This document shows positions 54,950 to 64,000 of a stretch of 64,000 nucleotides of DNA, one piece after another. Each line of letters starts with the position of its first letter. The stretch's first letter is position 1. Origin of the DNA: Prevotella sp. (GTDB lineage Bacteria > Bacteroidota > Bacteroidia > Bacteroidales > Bacteroidaceae); assembly GCA_017475265.1 (NCBI GenBank), contig JAFVFY010000079.1:14119-78118 (forward strand), read 5' to 3'. The position numbers and the translations under genes are program-made. The notes under the pieces are model-generated. The model had not been told where the DNA came from, searched no databases, and saw only the letters and a program-made list of their open reading frames with translations.

Positions 54950-57247
54950 TTACTTAACAATGACTTTCTTTCCGTCGATAATAAACACACCCTTGCTGGC
55001 TTTCAGCATCTTCTGTCCGTTCAGGTTGTAAACCTCCGTCTGTTTATTGCTGATTAACGTACCTTCGATGTTGGTAGTAGAGCCATCGCTGAAGGCGAGA
55101 CGTGAAGGAGTAGATCCAGTAATCTCGAAGTAAGCACGGAAGCCCTTCATATAGGCCTCTTCGTTACCCTTGGCAATCTTGGCCTTATCGGTTACGCCAT
55201 ACTTACCGGCCATACCCGGGGCATCGATAGGTGCAAACGTTCCGATGAAGGAAGCACCGTCTTCTTTCGTCACTTTTCCAGCCTCAGCTGCAATTTCTAC
55301 GTCAGTGAGTTCCTTTTCAGAGAAAGCAGTCTCAACGTAAACCACGTATGGAGTGCAAGTCTCAAGGCCACCGCTCACGAGGTCGAGCTTCAGAATGTTC
55401 TCACCTTCAACGTTTTCATAGCCGGTGAAAGCGTAAACCTTGGCACCCTCGCCGAAGAACTCAGCCACATCGTCGATGGCGAAGGGCAGACATACCGTGT
55501 TGAAGCCAGCACGGAAGTTACGCTTCAGCGTCACAGTGTTGTAAGTGCCGGCCACGATAGGCTCAGAGGAGGTCTCGTCGAGCGTGTACTTCGTGACAAA
55601 CTTAACGGTCAGTTCAATGTCGTCTGCCTTGCTGCTCTTGGAGCTGGCGGTGGTGGTCTTAAGGTTGGTCAGGGTGACGGTGCCGTCGGCAGCAAACTCA
55701 TCGCCGGCAGTCAGGGTGATGGTGAACAGCACGCCGTCGTTGCCCTTGATGCCTCCCAGATAAGTGATGTTGCCTGTTCCCTCACGGTAGGTGGGGTCAG
55801 AAGCCAAACGGTCGCTCTTGGTCAGCGTGGCAGTGATGCCCTCAGGCAGTGTCAGCGTGGCCCCGAAGCCTGCGCGTGCGCGGTCGTTAGTCAGCGTCAC
55901 ATCCACGTCGACAGACTCACCGGCGGCCAGCTTAACCTCTGTCTCACTGAAGGCGAAGGCGATGTTGTCGGTACCCTTCTTCACGTTGAGGGAAATCGAG
56001 GCAGGGTTGGCAGTGATGCTGTGTGAAGAAGGTGTGGTGGCCTTCAGGTTCGACAGAATCAGAGTGCCGTCGGCAAAATCATCGCCGGCAGTTAGCTTCA
56101 GCGTGAACAACACGCCGTCCTTGCCGCTGATACCGCCAAGGTAATTGATGTTGCCATTTTCCTCATTATAGTTAGGAGCAGCAGCCAGACGGTCGCTCTT
56201 CACCAGTTCGGCGGTGACACCGCTGGGCAGCGTCATCGTTGCCTGGAAACCGCTCAAGGTACAGCCGTTGGTCAGCGTCACAGGCACCTCAACAGACTCA
56301 CCGGGAATAAGGTCGATGTCACCCTCGAAGTCGAAAGCGAACGAAGCCGTCTCTGTCTCGGGCTCAGCCTCGGGAGCGATGACAAGGGTAATGTCATCGA
56401 ACTCGTAAGGATCCTCTATGGTCTCATCTGGGTCGTAAGCCACAATATTCTTTAATGTTACTGTACCCTCACCGCTGAAACTATCTTCAGCTTTAATGGT
56501 AACTGTGAACAGAGTACCGACGTTTGCAGCAATCTCTTCAATGGTCACCTTCTTAGTACGTTTAGTATAAGTAGCACCAGTTACACCTTCAATACTTAAT
56601 CCCTCGGATGTAGCAAAAAGTGCATCAAAGCCAACCATTTTCACATTATCCTGCATAATAACCTCTACTTCAGCTGTCTTACCAGCTGCGAGGCTGAGCG
56701 TTGCGGGCGAGAAAACGATGGGTCCTGTGGTCACGGGTTCGGGAGTCACTGTAGCTGCCTCGCAGGTCACGGTAGCGTTGCCAGTCGTGGCAGCTTCCTC
56801 TGTGCCGTCGCCGTCGGTGTGCTTCACCGTGAAGTCAGAGAGCGCGATGGTCTTTGTGCCGTCAGCCAGATCGTCTGCGGCTTTCACCTTGATGGTAGCG
56901 ATGGCGCCCGACGTGCCGGTGATGGCATTCTTCACGAGGCTTGTAAGGCGGAACAGACCCGTACTCAAGTTCATGTTGATAGAGAATCCGCTGGTGCGGC
57001 TTGTCGTGGCCACCTGTGCCATGCCGCTGGAAACCACCACCTCGATACCTTCAGGCATGTCGATGGTGCCATTGACATAGTAGATATCGCTGGCATCGCT
57101 GGTGAAATCCACCTCGATGGTTTTCTCCTCGCCAGCCTTGATGCTAAAGTCGCTGATGCTCACGTTGTGGTCAGCGACGGCCATTCCTGCTTGGCCCAGG
57201 AAGAGGGCCAGCAGGAATGACAGGCGTGAAATAAACTTGTTGTTCAT
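54950..57247 (-). CDS. Scaffoldin-like secreted protein: four cohesin-like domains, C-terminal domain and T9SS-type tail
   Basis: Signal peptide; four ~120-140 aa repeats of F.I.AGE...V.V.L.N...GF.A...LP.G separated by P/E/T linkers; tail VYNLNGQK...KGVFIIDGKKVIVK. Confidence 0.75.
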   Translation of the reverse strand: MNNKFISRLSFLLALFLGQAGMAVADHNVSISDFSIKAGEEKTIEVDFTSDASDIYYVNGTIDMPEGIEVVVSSGMAQVATTSRTSGFSINMNLSTGLFRLTSLVKNAITGTSGAIATIKVKAADDLADGTKTIALSDFTVKHTDGDGTEEAATTGNATVTCEAATVTPEPVTTGPIVFSPATLSLAAGKTAEVEVIMQDNVKMVGFDALFATSEGLSIEGVTGATYTKRTKKVTIEEIAANVGTLFTVTIKAEDSFSGEGTVTLKNIVAYDPDETIEDPYEFDDITLVIAPEAEPETETASFAFDFEGDIDLIPGESVEVPVTLTNGCTLSGFQATMTLPSGVTAELVKSDRLAAAPNYNEENGNINYLGGISGKDGVLFTLKLTAGDDFADGTLILSNLKATTPSSHSITANPASISLNVKKGTDNIAFAFSETEVKLAAGESVDVDVTLTNDRARAGFGATLTLPEGITATLTKSDRLASDPTYREGTGNITYLGGIKGNDGVLFTITLTAGDEFAADGTVTLTNLKTTTASSKSSKADDIELTVKFVTKYTLDETSSEPIVAGTYNTVTLKRNFRAGFNTVCLPFAIDDVAEFFGEGAKVYAFTGYENVEGENILKLDLVSGGLETCTPYVVYVETAFSEKELTDVEIAAEAGKVTKEDGASFIGTFAPIDAPGMAGKYGVTDKAKIAKGNEEAYMKGFRAYFEITGSTPSRLAFSDGSTTNIEGTLISNKQTEVYNLNGQKMLKASKGVFIIDGKKVIVK

Positions 57248-57250
57248 TAT

Positions 57251-57306
57251 TGTCAATTTTCAATCTTCAATTTTCAATCTTCAATTTTCAATCTTCAATC
57301 TTCAAT
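57251..57306. repeat. (T/C)TTCAAT heptamer tandem repeat (8 units) between the cohesin genes
   Basis: tgtcaat tttcaat cttcaat tttcaat cttcaat tttcaat cttcaat cttcaat. Confidence 0.92.
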
Positions 57307-57313
57307 CGAAGAA

Positions 57314-58462
57314 TCACTTCTGAGTGCCGTCGATGTTAAGGCCCATCGAGAGGTTGAAGGCGGCCTGTGCGTCGGCAATGTCAATCTCACCGTCACCGTT
57401 GACGTCATAGATGGCAAACATCGGGTCGTTGGGGTCGGTGGGATAGGTGTTGTCGAGCAGGGCATCGATCAGTGTGTCCACATCGCCATCGTCCACCTCG
57501 CCGTCTCCGCCGAAGTCACCGGGAATGGTGGGAATCTCGGGCTCTGCTGCCTTCGTCACGGTGATGGTCACGTCAGCCAGTTCCTGGTTGAGGGCAGTGT
57601 TAGTGCCAATACTCAGCTTCGTGAGCTTGATGGTGCTGCTCTCAGCGATGCCGTCGCCGGCCTTCACCTTGAATGAGAAGATGATGCCCTCTGTGCCGGT
57701 AATCAGCGTGTTGTTGGTAGAGCTGAGGATGAATGCTATTCCATTCGTTCCCTCTTCAAAAGCGAACTCCAGAGGCTCGGGTGTGCGCTCACTGTAGATG
57801 AAATTACCGTCGGGTCCTGGCACGATGGTCAGACCTGCGGGCAGTGTGAGCAGGCCAGAGAAGCCTGTCAGGTTGTCGGCGCCCTCATTGTTGAGCATAA
57901 TGTCAATCTGATACTCCTCACCAACGGTCACCTCCAAGCTCTCAGGGTCAGCGGCGAAGGTACATGTGGAGAGGTCGGGAGCTGGCCCGCGTGTCACCGT
58001 GGTAGTGGCGGTTGCAGCGTCGGCGATGTTTTCTGCGTCGGCATCTGAGATGACGATGTTGGAGAGTTCAATCTGGTATTCGCCCTCAGCGAGCAAGTTG
58101 TTGATGTTGACAGTGAAGGTGAAAACGGCACCTGTTCCTGCATCTACGGCGTTACCGCCGGTCTTGGCGATGCGCAACTTGCCGTCGACCTCAGAGACAT
58201 TCAGCGTGACGCCACGTCCGGACAGACGGTCGGTCTTGGTAATCGACGACTTGTCGATAGTCAGGCCGTAAGGCATCTGGATGTCGAGCTGGAACACGGT
58301 GGCCTCCTTACTATTGTCAAGAATGACGGCCACCTCTTTCTGGTTCTCGTTGTAGGCCAGCGAGAAGTCCTCGATGTAGAGGCTTGCCTGACCGAACGAC
58401 ATGGCCGAATACCCCAGGAAAAGCATGAGGAGCAACGCCATCTTTTTCGTAATCCTATTCAT
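57314..58462 (-). CDS. Adaptor scaffoldin-like protein: two cohesin-like domains and a C-terminal dockerin
   Basis: Signal peptide; LYIEDFSL...VILDN...FQLDIQMPYG; LEVTVGEE...LNN...FSGLLTLPAG; dockerin GDFGGDGEVDDGD...DVNGDGEIDIAD. Confidence 0.75.
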   Translation of the reverse strand: MNRITKKMALLLMLFLGYSAMSFGQASLYIEDFSLAYNENQKEVAVILDNSKEATVFQLDIQMPYGLTIDKSSITKTDRLSGRGVTLNVSEVDGKLRIAKTGGNAVDAGTGAVFTFTVNINNLLAEGEYQIELSNIVISDADAENIADAATATTTVTRGPAPDLSTCTFAADPESLEVTVGEEYQIDIMLNNEGADNLTGFSGLLTLPAGLTIVPGPDGNFIYSERTPEPLEFAFEEGTNGIAFILSSTNNTLITGTEGIIFSFKVKAGDGIAESSTIKLTKLSIGTNTALNQELADVTITVTKAAEPEIPTIPGDFGGDGEVDDGDVDTLIDALLDNTYPTDPNDPMFAIYDVNGDGEIDIADAQAAFNLSMGLNIDGTQK

Positions 58463-58589
58463 AGTTTTCTATTTACATTTATGTTTTCAAATTTAAAACG
58501 GGGTGGCCGCCACAGTAGCGTAGCCGCCACCCCACTCTTTATTATGAGAGAAACTGATTTGCGTTATACGATCATACCGAAGCCAGTGC

Positions 58590-61500
58590 CTACTTGGAAA
58601 CCTTCTTCTCGACGGTGCCGTCGGCGCGACGGATGATGTTCACACCCTTGCGGATGCCGTTCATCAGCTTGCCACCGAGGTTGTAAACCTGCTGCTTCAG
58701 GGTGTCGAGCACGCTGGCCGTCTCTATGCCGGTAGCGTCGCCACCTATAGCGAAGGCGCGTATCTGCGAGCTGGGCTGCGAGAAGATGATGTTCGTGACC
58801 TGCACATCACCACCGGCGTAGGCATCGCTGGTCTGTACCTCAATGACGAGCACGTCGCCCTTGGTGCCCTTGAAGGTCTCGCCCTTGATGCTCGAAGCGA
58901 GGAAGCGTACGCTGCCGTCGAGCTGCTTGCGGCAGAGCAGGCTGTGGCTGTCGGCTGCACGGTCGGTGAGATCCTTGTTCACGATGCTCATGCCCTCAGG
59001 CAACACAAGGTCGAGCTGGAAGGCGGTGTAGTCGTGAACGTTGTCGAGGCTGATGGCGATGCGCTGTGTGCCGTTCTCTGTCATCGAGACAGCCATGTCA
59101 ACGCTCTCGCTCTCCATCTCAACGTTCATGCCACGGGCAGCAGCCACGTTCCACTGACGGCCCATGATGATGTTCACCACGCCAGCGAGGTCGCCCACGT
59201 CGATGGTCTCGTTGGTGTTCACGTCGGCCAGCAGGAAGGCGTTGGCATCGCTGGCAGGCTGGCTCTCGGGCTTCAGGATCCAGTTGCTCACCGTCTGGTA
59301 GTCGAGTACGTCGACCTTCTTGTCCATGTTGGCGTCGCCGTTCAACAGGTTCATGTTAGCAACCGTGTTGGTCAGTACGTCAATGGCATCCTGGATTTTG
59401 CGTACGGTCTCCATCAGTGCCTCATAGTCGGCATCCGGGTCAGTGGAAGCGTCTATGGCATCAGACAGTGCGGTAATCTGTGCATCAATCTCTGCCTCCT
59501 GATCAACCAAATTGTTCCAAAGAGCCTGTGAGTACTTGCTGGTGTCGGAACCATCATTGATGGCGTTGGCCAAGTTGGTCTCCAGTTGCTCCGTCTGGGC
59601 AAACAGCTCATCGGATGCACGATACTCAAGATAGTTGTCGATGTTGTCGGAAATGCTTTTGTTATACCAACCAAAGCTATAGCCATTGAGCTGGAAGGCC
59701 TGAGTGACCTTCAACTCATGGCGGCGCTTCAGTTCAGCATTTACGTCAGTGATATCACTTTCAGCCTGATTGATGTAAGAGGTACGGTAATCATGGCCAC
59801 TGTATCTCTTCACCCTCTCGCGGGCAGCGGCGGCGCGATCTGAGAGGCCAGTCATGATGCCTGTGTAATCGTTGTAAGCCTGCTGGTCGGCATCTACCTG
59901 AGCCTGGAGGGTGCTAATCTTGCTGGTGACGCTTCCAAGGTCTGTCTCGATTTCCTCCAGTTTCTGCTGGAAGCGTCCCTTGTAGAAGGCGAGGTTCTCC
60001 TCGGCAGCAATATCTTTCTCTACGGCGTCGATGCGGTCGTTGATGTCGTCAATTCCCTCGGCAACAGTCTTACCGTACTTCCAATCCTGCTGTCCTATCC
60101 ACTCATCCTTACCTTCGAGTGTGGCACCAGCCCTCAGCTCCTCAATCTTGCTGGTGAGGGTAGTCAAAGCCTGACTGTTGGCTTCTGCATTCATTGCGGT
60201 TTCCAATTCGGCAATTGCATTCTGGGCGGCAATGATAGCGTCGCAAGCGTCGAAGGCCGCGTCGAAGGTGAGACCATTCAGCGTTTGAGTCTGATTGACA
60301 ACTCTCTCGCTGCTGTTGATGGTAGCCTGATACTCTTGAGCTGTCGCATCGAGACCGTGGGCAGCAACATATTCGTTCCAGAGGTTCTTCAGCTCAGCGA
60401 TGGTCGTGCCCAGACCGTCACGCTCCTGACCAAAGGCTCCGTTGAGTGTGCTAAGAACTTCCTGCTCCATCATTGGGATATACGTATTGACAGTCCAGTC
60501 TTTGTCGTCAACAGCATATCCGCCAGTCTTAGCGTCCTCGTTTGCCTCCTCCTGGTTAGCGACAGCCTGGTCACAGCTTGCGAAATCGTAGGTACTAAAG
60601 ACGAACTGAGCATTCTTCTCCTTGGCAGTTGCGAGCTTAGCTTTCCAGGCATTTGTTGCAGCAACCATGTCGTTGTAGGCAGCGGTGTTAGCCTCATCGG
60701 CCTGTTTGTTAATCTCTGCTTGGGCAAGAATGTTGCGGACTCTGTTAGTGTACTGATTAAGCATGTTGATAATCCAGCTGCGGTTGTTACCGGCGAGTGT
60801 ACCAGCCTCGTAACTATCATTGAATCTGGTCTCTGCAGCGGTGTAGTAGTCCGTAACGGTGCTTTCAAATGTATTGGGGGCATATTCACCGTAGGCAGCG
60901 ACGGCAGCGCGGTCGGCATCCACATCAATGGCAGCGAATCTCGGCTCAAGGTCCTTCTTGGCAGCCTCGTTGATGCAGTCAGCTATCTGGTCGTCAATGT
61001 CGGCCAGACTGTTCAGAGCAGCCTCAACAGCTTCAAGGGTAGCGGCGGCGTTACCAGCGGCAATCTCATCCTCCACGGTCTTGAAGGCATTCTGCTTGGC
61101 CTCAGCGCTGTAACTGGCAATCTGCTGCTTAGCAGCGGTAACCTGAGCATTGTAGTCATCCACCTTGGCTGTCCACAGGCTCGTAACCTCTTTTTTAACA
61201 GCTTCCTTGAAAGCATTCTTCGTGTTGACAATATTTGCCTTGACGGCATTTGCCTGTCCAACAAACGTTTGGACTTGGCCTTCAGTGTAGGAAGCGGGGC
61301 TTTCCACTGAGGCGTAGGCTGTTCCTTCGTTTGCTGCAATTGTGGCCAGCTGCTCCTCGTAGACATTCAAAGCATTGATATAGTCAGAAATAATGTTATA
61401 GAGAGCAGCGGCAATGTCCGGGTTGCTCGAGCTGTTCTTCTGTATCTCAGCCTTTGCGTCGTCAAGGGCACTCGTTGCGAGACCAAGCTCTGTGGTGAAT

Positions 61501-64000
61501 GCTTCGTGATGAGCTAAATTATCGGCAGCAACAGCTGGGATGTAGTCAGCATCTTCCTGGGCCACCAGATCACTGATGCGTCCCTGAATGCCAGCGAAGT
61601 CTATCTCTGAAGCCTTTTCCACTGCCTCGCCAGCCTTGAAATAGTGCTCTGCGTTCAGGATGGCCTGGTCAATCTCCCCCTGAATAACATTGAGTTGGTT
61701 AAGATAACCCTGCTGTGCAGTGTAGGACACTTCCCTGCTACTGATGGTAGTGTAAGCATTGTTCCACGCAGTCTGCGTAGTCAACCAGTCTTCAGTCTGC
61801 TGGTTGTACTTTGCAAGGTTGGCGGAAGCAGCCGATACGAGGCCATTCACCTTTGTCCTGAGCTGCGTGATGGCGGTCACATAACCTGCCTTGTCGGCGG
61901 CCATGGTGCGGCCGTTCAGGCTGGCAGTAATGTTTGTCAACAGCGTAGCGGTCTGTGTGGCATAGTCATTATACAGAGCGTTATAGTGGTCTGCAGCGTC
62001 TCCTGCTGCTGCGGCAAGACCGTTGTTGGCCGTGGCAAGCTCTGTGTTCAGGTTGTTCCAGTAATTCTTGTCGCTGGAAGTTGCACCCTGCATCTTCGTG
62101 GTCTTGTAAGCATCCCAGTTGGCTTTCTCAGTAGCCACATCGGCCTTCAGCTGGTCGATGGCGGCCTTGATGGTAGCCACGCTGTAGTTGCCAATCGTGC
62201 CGTTCTGGTAGTCAGCGACAAGGGTCTCTGCCTCGTAAGATGCCTGCACGGCATCCTTCATGGCTTCGATGTCGGCATCGATGGCAGCCTTACGTGCTGT
62301 GTAGGTTGCATCGTTAGCAAGACCACTCTGGAAGATGTACCAGTCGGTGGGGTCGTTACGGTAGGCACCTGTAGCGTTGTAGTCACCATTGCCATCAGTA
62401 ATCTTGCCGTAGGAGTTATCGTTGCCAAGGTTCTTCAGCGTAGAGGTCTCGTATGTTCCCAGATATACGAGGTTATTGTTATAGTAAGCCGAGCTGGAGG
62501 TGTTAAACTGGTAGATATACTTGTAAGCGTCGGCATTGGCCTTCACCTCTGTAGCAATCTGGCTTGCCTCAGTGTCGAGGGCAGCCTTTCTATCGTTCAG
62601 ACCGTTGTAGGTCACGGCCAGTTCGTCGAGCTTCGTCTTGTTGGCATCGGTATAGACACCTGTGAGCGACTTAATCTGTATGCCGTGCCAGGAAGAGCCT
62701 CCTGCCAGCTTTTCAAGTGAAATGGTCAGAGTGCCATCAGTCACCTGAATGTTATCTAAGACAACCGTCTCAGCCACTTCGCCAGTGGCAGGAGCGGGCT
62801 TTGTCTTTCCGTTAGCATTGACCTGTACGTTGCTGCCTACGGATGCAAAAGTATAAACCTCCAGGTTGTAAACACCATTGGGAAGCTCATCGACAGTCTG
62901 GGTGAGAAGTGTTCCTGTCTTACCGACGTTGCCACTTTGACCACTACTCCAGTGCTCAATAAATGTCACACCGCCAATTACTTTTTTATTGCCATCAAGC
63001 GTGGAATTGTTTGCAATGCTACCGACTATCCAGTCATTGTTCGTCTCTCCTACCTTATCTGTGAAGTTACCGCTGAGGTTAGTGTCGCTAACGGCAGCAA
63101 CTGCTTCAGCCAGTGCCTCCAGTTCGTCCTCAATGGCCTGCTCCTTCACGAATGTTGCATCCTTGCGGAGTCCCAGCTTTTTGTTATTGTCATTCTCGTA
63201 ACCGTAAGTCGTTTCGAAGGTATTGAGCGAGTTCTGCAGTGTGTTGATGTTGCCTGTAAGTCCGCTCTTGGTAGTCTGGGCAGTTGTGACAGCGGTCTTG
63301 ACGGGTGTTGCCTCGCTCTCAAGCTGCGTCTGTTGCTCGTCGAGTTCTGCTATTTTATCCTTCCATGACTCAATTCTTGAGGCAGTGGTAGCTATGCCTG
63401 TGAGCGACTTAATCTGGATGGCGTGCCACCCGCACATGCCAGCCATGTCAATGGCAAGACCGATGTTGAGCTTACCGTCCACGACTTCCACGTTCTCTAA
63501 CAGATATGCAACAGGTTCATCTGCTTCAGCTGCTTGATTTTTGCGGGCCAAGATAGGTGTTGTCACTGCAGGGGCATCGCCTGACTGTGCAAAAACATGA
63601 GCCACCTCCCATGAGCTCGTCTGCAAATTGGCACCATCTTCACCCCGTGCGTTATGCGAGAGGGCATACAACTCCACATTATATATCCCATTTTCTAAGC
63701 CGCTTATCTCCTGAGAGATCATTGTGCCAACGCCGCTCTCACCATAATGCTCAATCATGGTAACACCATTTGGTGTGATTGTTCCCTTGTTACTGTTATT
63801 TCCCGAAGAAACCGTCCATGAATCGGCATCTTTACCCACGAGATTCGTGTAGTCATTGCTGGCGACAGTCTCTGAGTAGGTATTGGTGGCAGCAATTGTG
63901 GTCTGGATAGCTCCAAGGGCTGTTTCAATGGCGTCCTCACGGTCCTTTAAGCCCTGATAGTAATCACCCGTGTTGGCAGCGGTGTAGGTATTTCTGAATG
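58590..64000 (-). CDS. Giant (>1800 aa) secreted protein: helical stalk with inserted beta-sandwich modules, dockerin, cohesin-like domain and T9SS-type tail; 5' end outside window
   Basis: Frame is open to the window edge (FRNTYTAANTGDYY...); dockerin GDANMDKKVDVLD...DVNTNETIDVGD; YTAFQLDLVLPEG; tail VYNLGGKLMNGIRKGVNIIRRADGTVEKKVSK. Confidence 0.85.
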   Translation of the reverse strand, partial: FRNTYTAANTGDYYQGLKDREDAIETALGAIQTTIAATNTYSETVASNDYTNLVGKDADSWTVSSGNNSNKGTITPNGVTMIEHYGESGVGTMISQEISGLENGIYNVELYALSHNARGEDGANLQTSSWEVAHVFAQSGDAPAVTTPILARKNQAAEADEPVAYLLENVEVVDGKLNIGLAIDMAGMCGWHAIQIKSLTGIATTASRIESWKDKIAELDEQQTQLESEATPVKTAVTTAQTTKSGLTGNINTLQNSLNTFETTYGYENDNNKKLGLRKDATFVKEQAIEDELEALAEAVAAVSDTNLSGNFTDKVGETNNDWIVGSIANNSTLDGNKKVIGGVTFIEHWSSGQSGNVGKTGTLLTQTVDELPNGVYNLEVYTFASVGSNVQVNANGKTKPAPATGEVAETVVLDNIQVTDGTLTISLEKLAGGSSWHGIQIKSLTGVYTDANKTKLDELAVTYNGLNDRKAALDTEASQIATEVKANADAYKYIYQFNTSSSAYYNNNLVYLGTYETSTLKNLGNDNSYGKITDGNGDYNATGAYRNDPTDWYIFQSGLANDATYTARKAAIDADIEAMKDAVQASYEAETLVADYQNGTIGNYSVATIKAAIDQLKADVATEKANWDAYKTTKMQGATSSDKNYWNNLNTELATANNGLAAAAGDAADHYNALYNDYATQTATLLTNITASLNGRTMAADKAGYVTAITQLRTKVNGLVSAASANLAKYNQQTEDWLTTQTAWNNAYTTISSREVSYTAQQGYLNQLNVIQGEIDQAILNAEHYFKAGEAVEKASEIDFAGIQGRISDLVAQEDADYIPAVAADNLAHHEAFTTELGLATSALDDAKAEIQKNSSSNPDIAAALYNIISDYINALNVYEEQLATIAANEGTAYASVESPASYTEGQVQTFVGQANAVKANIVNTKNAFKEAVKKEVTSLWTAKVDDYNAQVTAAKQQIASYSAEAKQNAFKTVEDEIAAGNAAATLEAVEAALNSLADIDDQIADCINEAAKKDLEPRFAAIDVDADRAAVAAYGEYAPNTFESTVTDYYTAAETRFNDSYEAGTLAGNNRSWIINMLNQYTNRVRNILAQAEINKQADEANTAAYNDMVAATNAWKAKLATAKEKNAQFVFSTYDFASCDQAVANQEEANEDAKTGGYAVDDKDWTVNTYIPMMEQEVLSTLNGAFGQERDGLGTTIAELKNLWNEYVAAHGLDATAQEYQATINSSERVVNQTQTLNGLTFDAAFDACDAIIAAQNAIAELETAMNAEANSQALTTLTSKIEELRAGATLEGKDEWIGQQDWKYGKTVAEGIDDINDRIDAVEKDIAAEENLAFYKGRFQQKLEEIETDLGSVTSKISTLQAQVDADQQAYNDYTGIMTGLSDRAAAARERVKRYSGHDYRTSYINQAESDITDVNAELKRRHELKVTQAFQLNGYSFGWYNKSISDNIDNYLEYRASDELFAQTEQLETNLANAINDGSDTSKYSQALWNNLVDQEAEIDAQITALSDAIDASTDPDADYEALMETVRKIQDAIDVLTNTVANMNLLNGDANMDKKVDVLDYQTVSNWILKPESQPASDANAFLLADVNTNETIDVGDLAGVVNIIMGRQWNVAAARGMNVEMESESVDMAVSMTENGTQRIAISLDNVHDYTAFQLDLVLPEGMSIVNKDLTDRAADSHSLLCRKQLDGSVRFLASSIKGETFKGTKGDVLVIEVQTSDAYAGGDVQVTNIIFSQPSSQIRAFAIGGDATGIETASVLDTLKQQVYNLGGKLMNGIRKGVNIIRRADGTVEKKVSK

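Overview
64 kb of a Bacteroidota chromosome, most consistent with a rumen-type Prevotella/Xylanibacter (TAnnTTTG -7 promoters, no Shine-Dalgarno, GC3-rich core genes). From left to right: the end of an AT-richer surface-polysaccharide glycosyltransferase locus with an AbiE type IV toxin-antitoxin pair abutting tRNA-Phe; cvfB, NUDIX and a Cache sensor/kinase pair; divergent GH43/GH28 genes; a TPP-riboswitch thiamine uptake operon (TonB receptor-pnuC-thiN); a Sel1 lipoprotein; a BspA-like LRR protein; trkH; a PARIS-like ABC-ATPase/DUF4435 pair upstream of radA; dockerin-terminated pectate lyase, alpha-amylase and starch-binding proteins; ptb, AraC, SF1 helicase, prfC, kdsB, rplM-rpsI-rpsB-tsf, Wzi; and a minus-strand operon of cohesin/dockerin proteins that runs off the window end. 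Two themes stand out. (1) The parts of a cellulosome/amylosome-like cohesin-dockerin system in a Gram-negative: a 4-cohesin scaffoldin-like protein with a T9SS-type C-terminus, a 2-cohesin+dockerin adaptor, a giant stalk protein, a hidden 55-aa YxxP peptide, and four cargo proteins ending in one shared dockerin type with no T9SS tail. (2) At least six families of short dispersed repeats or palindromes inserted in frame into housekeeping genes and CAZymes. All family assignments come from motif reading by eye; no database searches were run.
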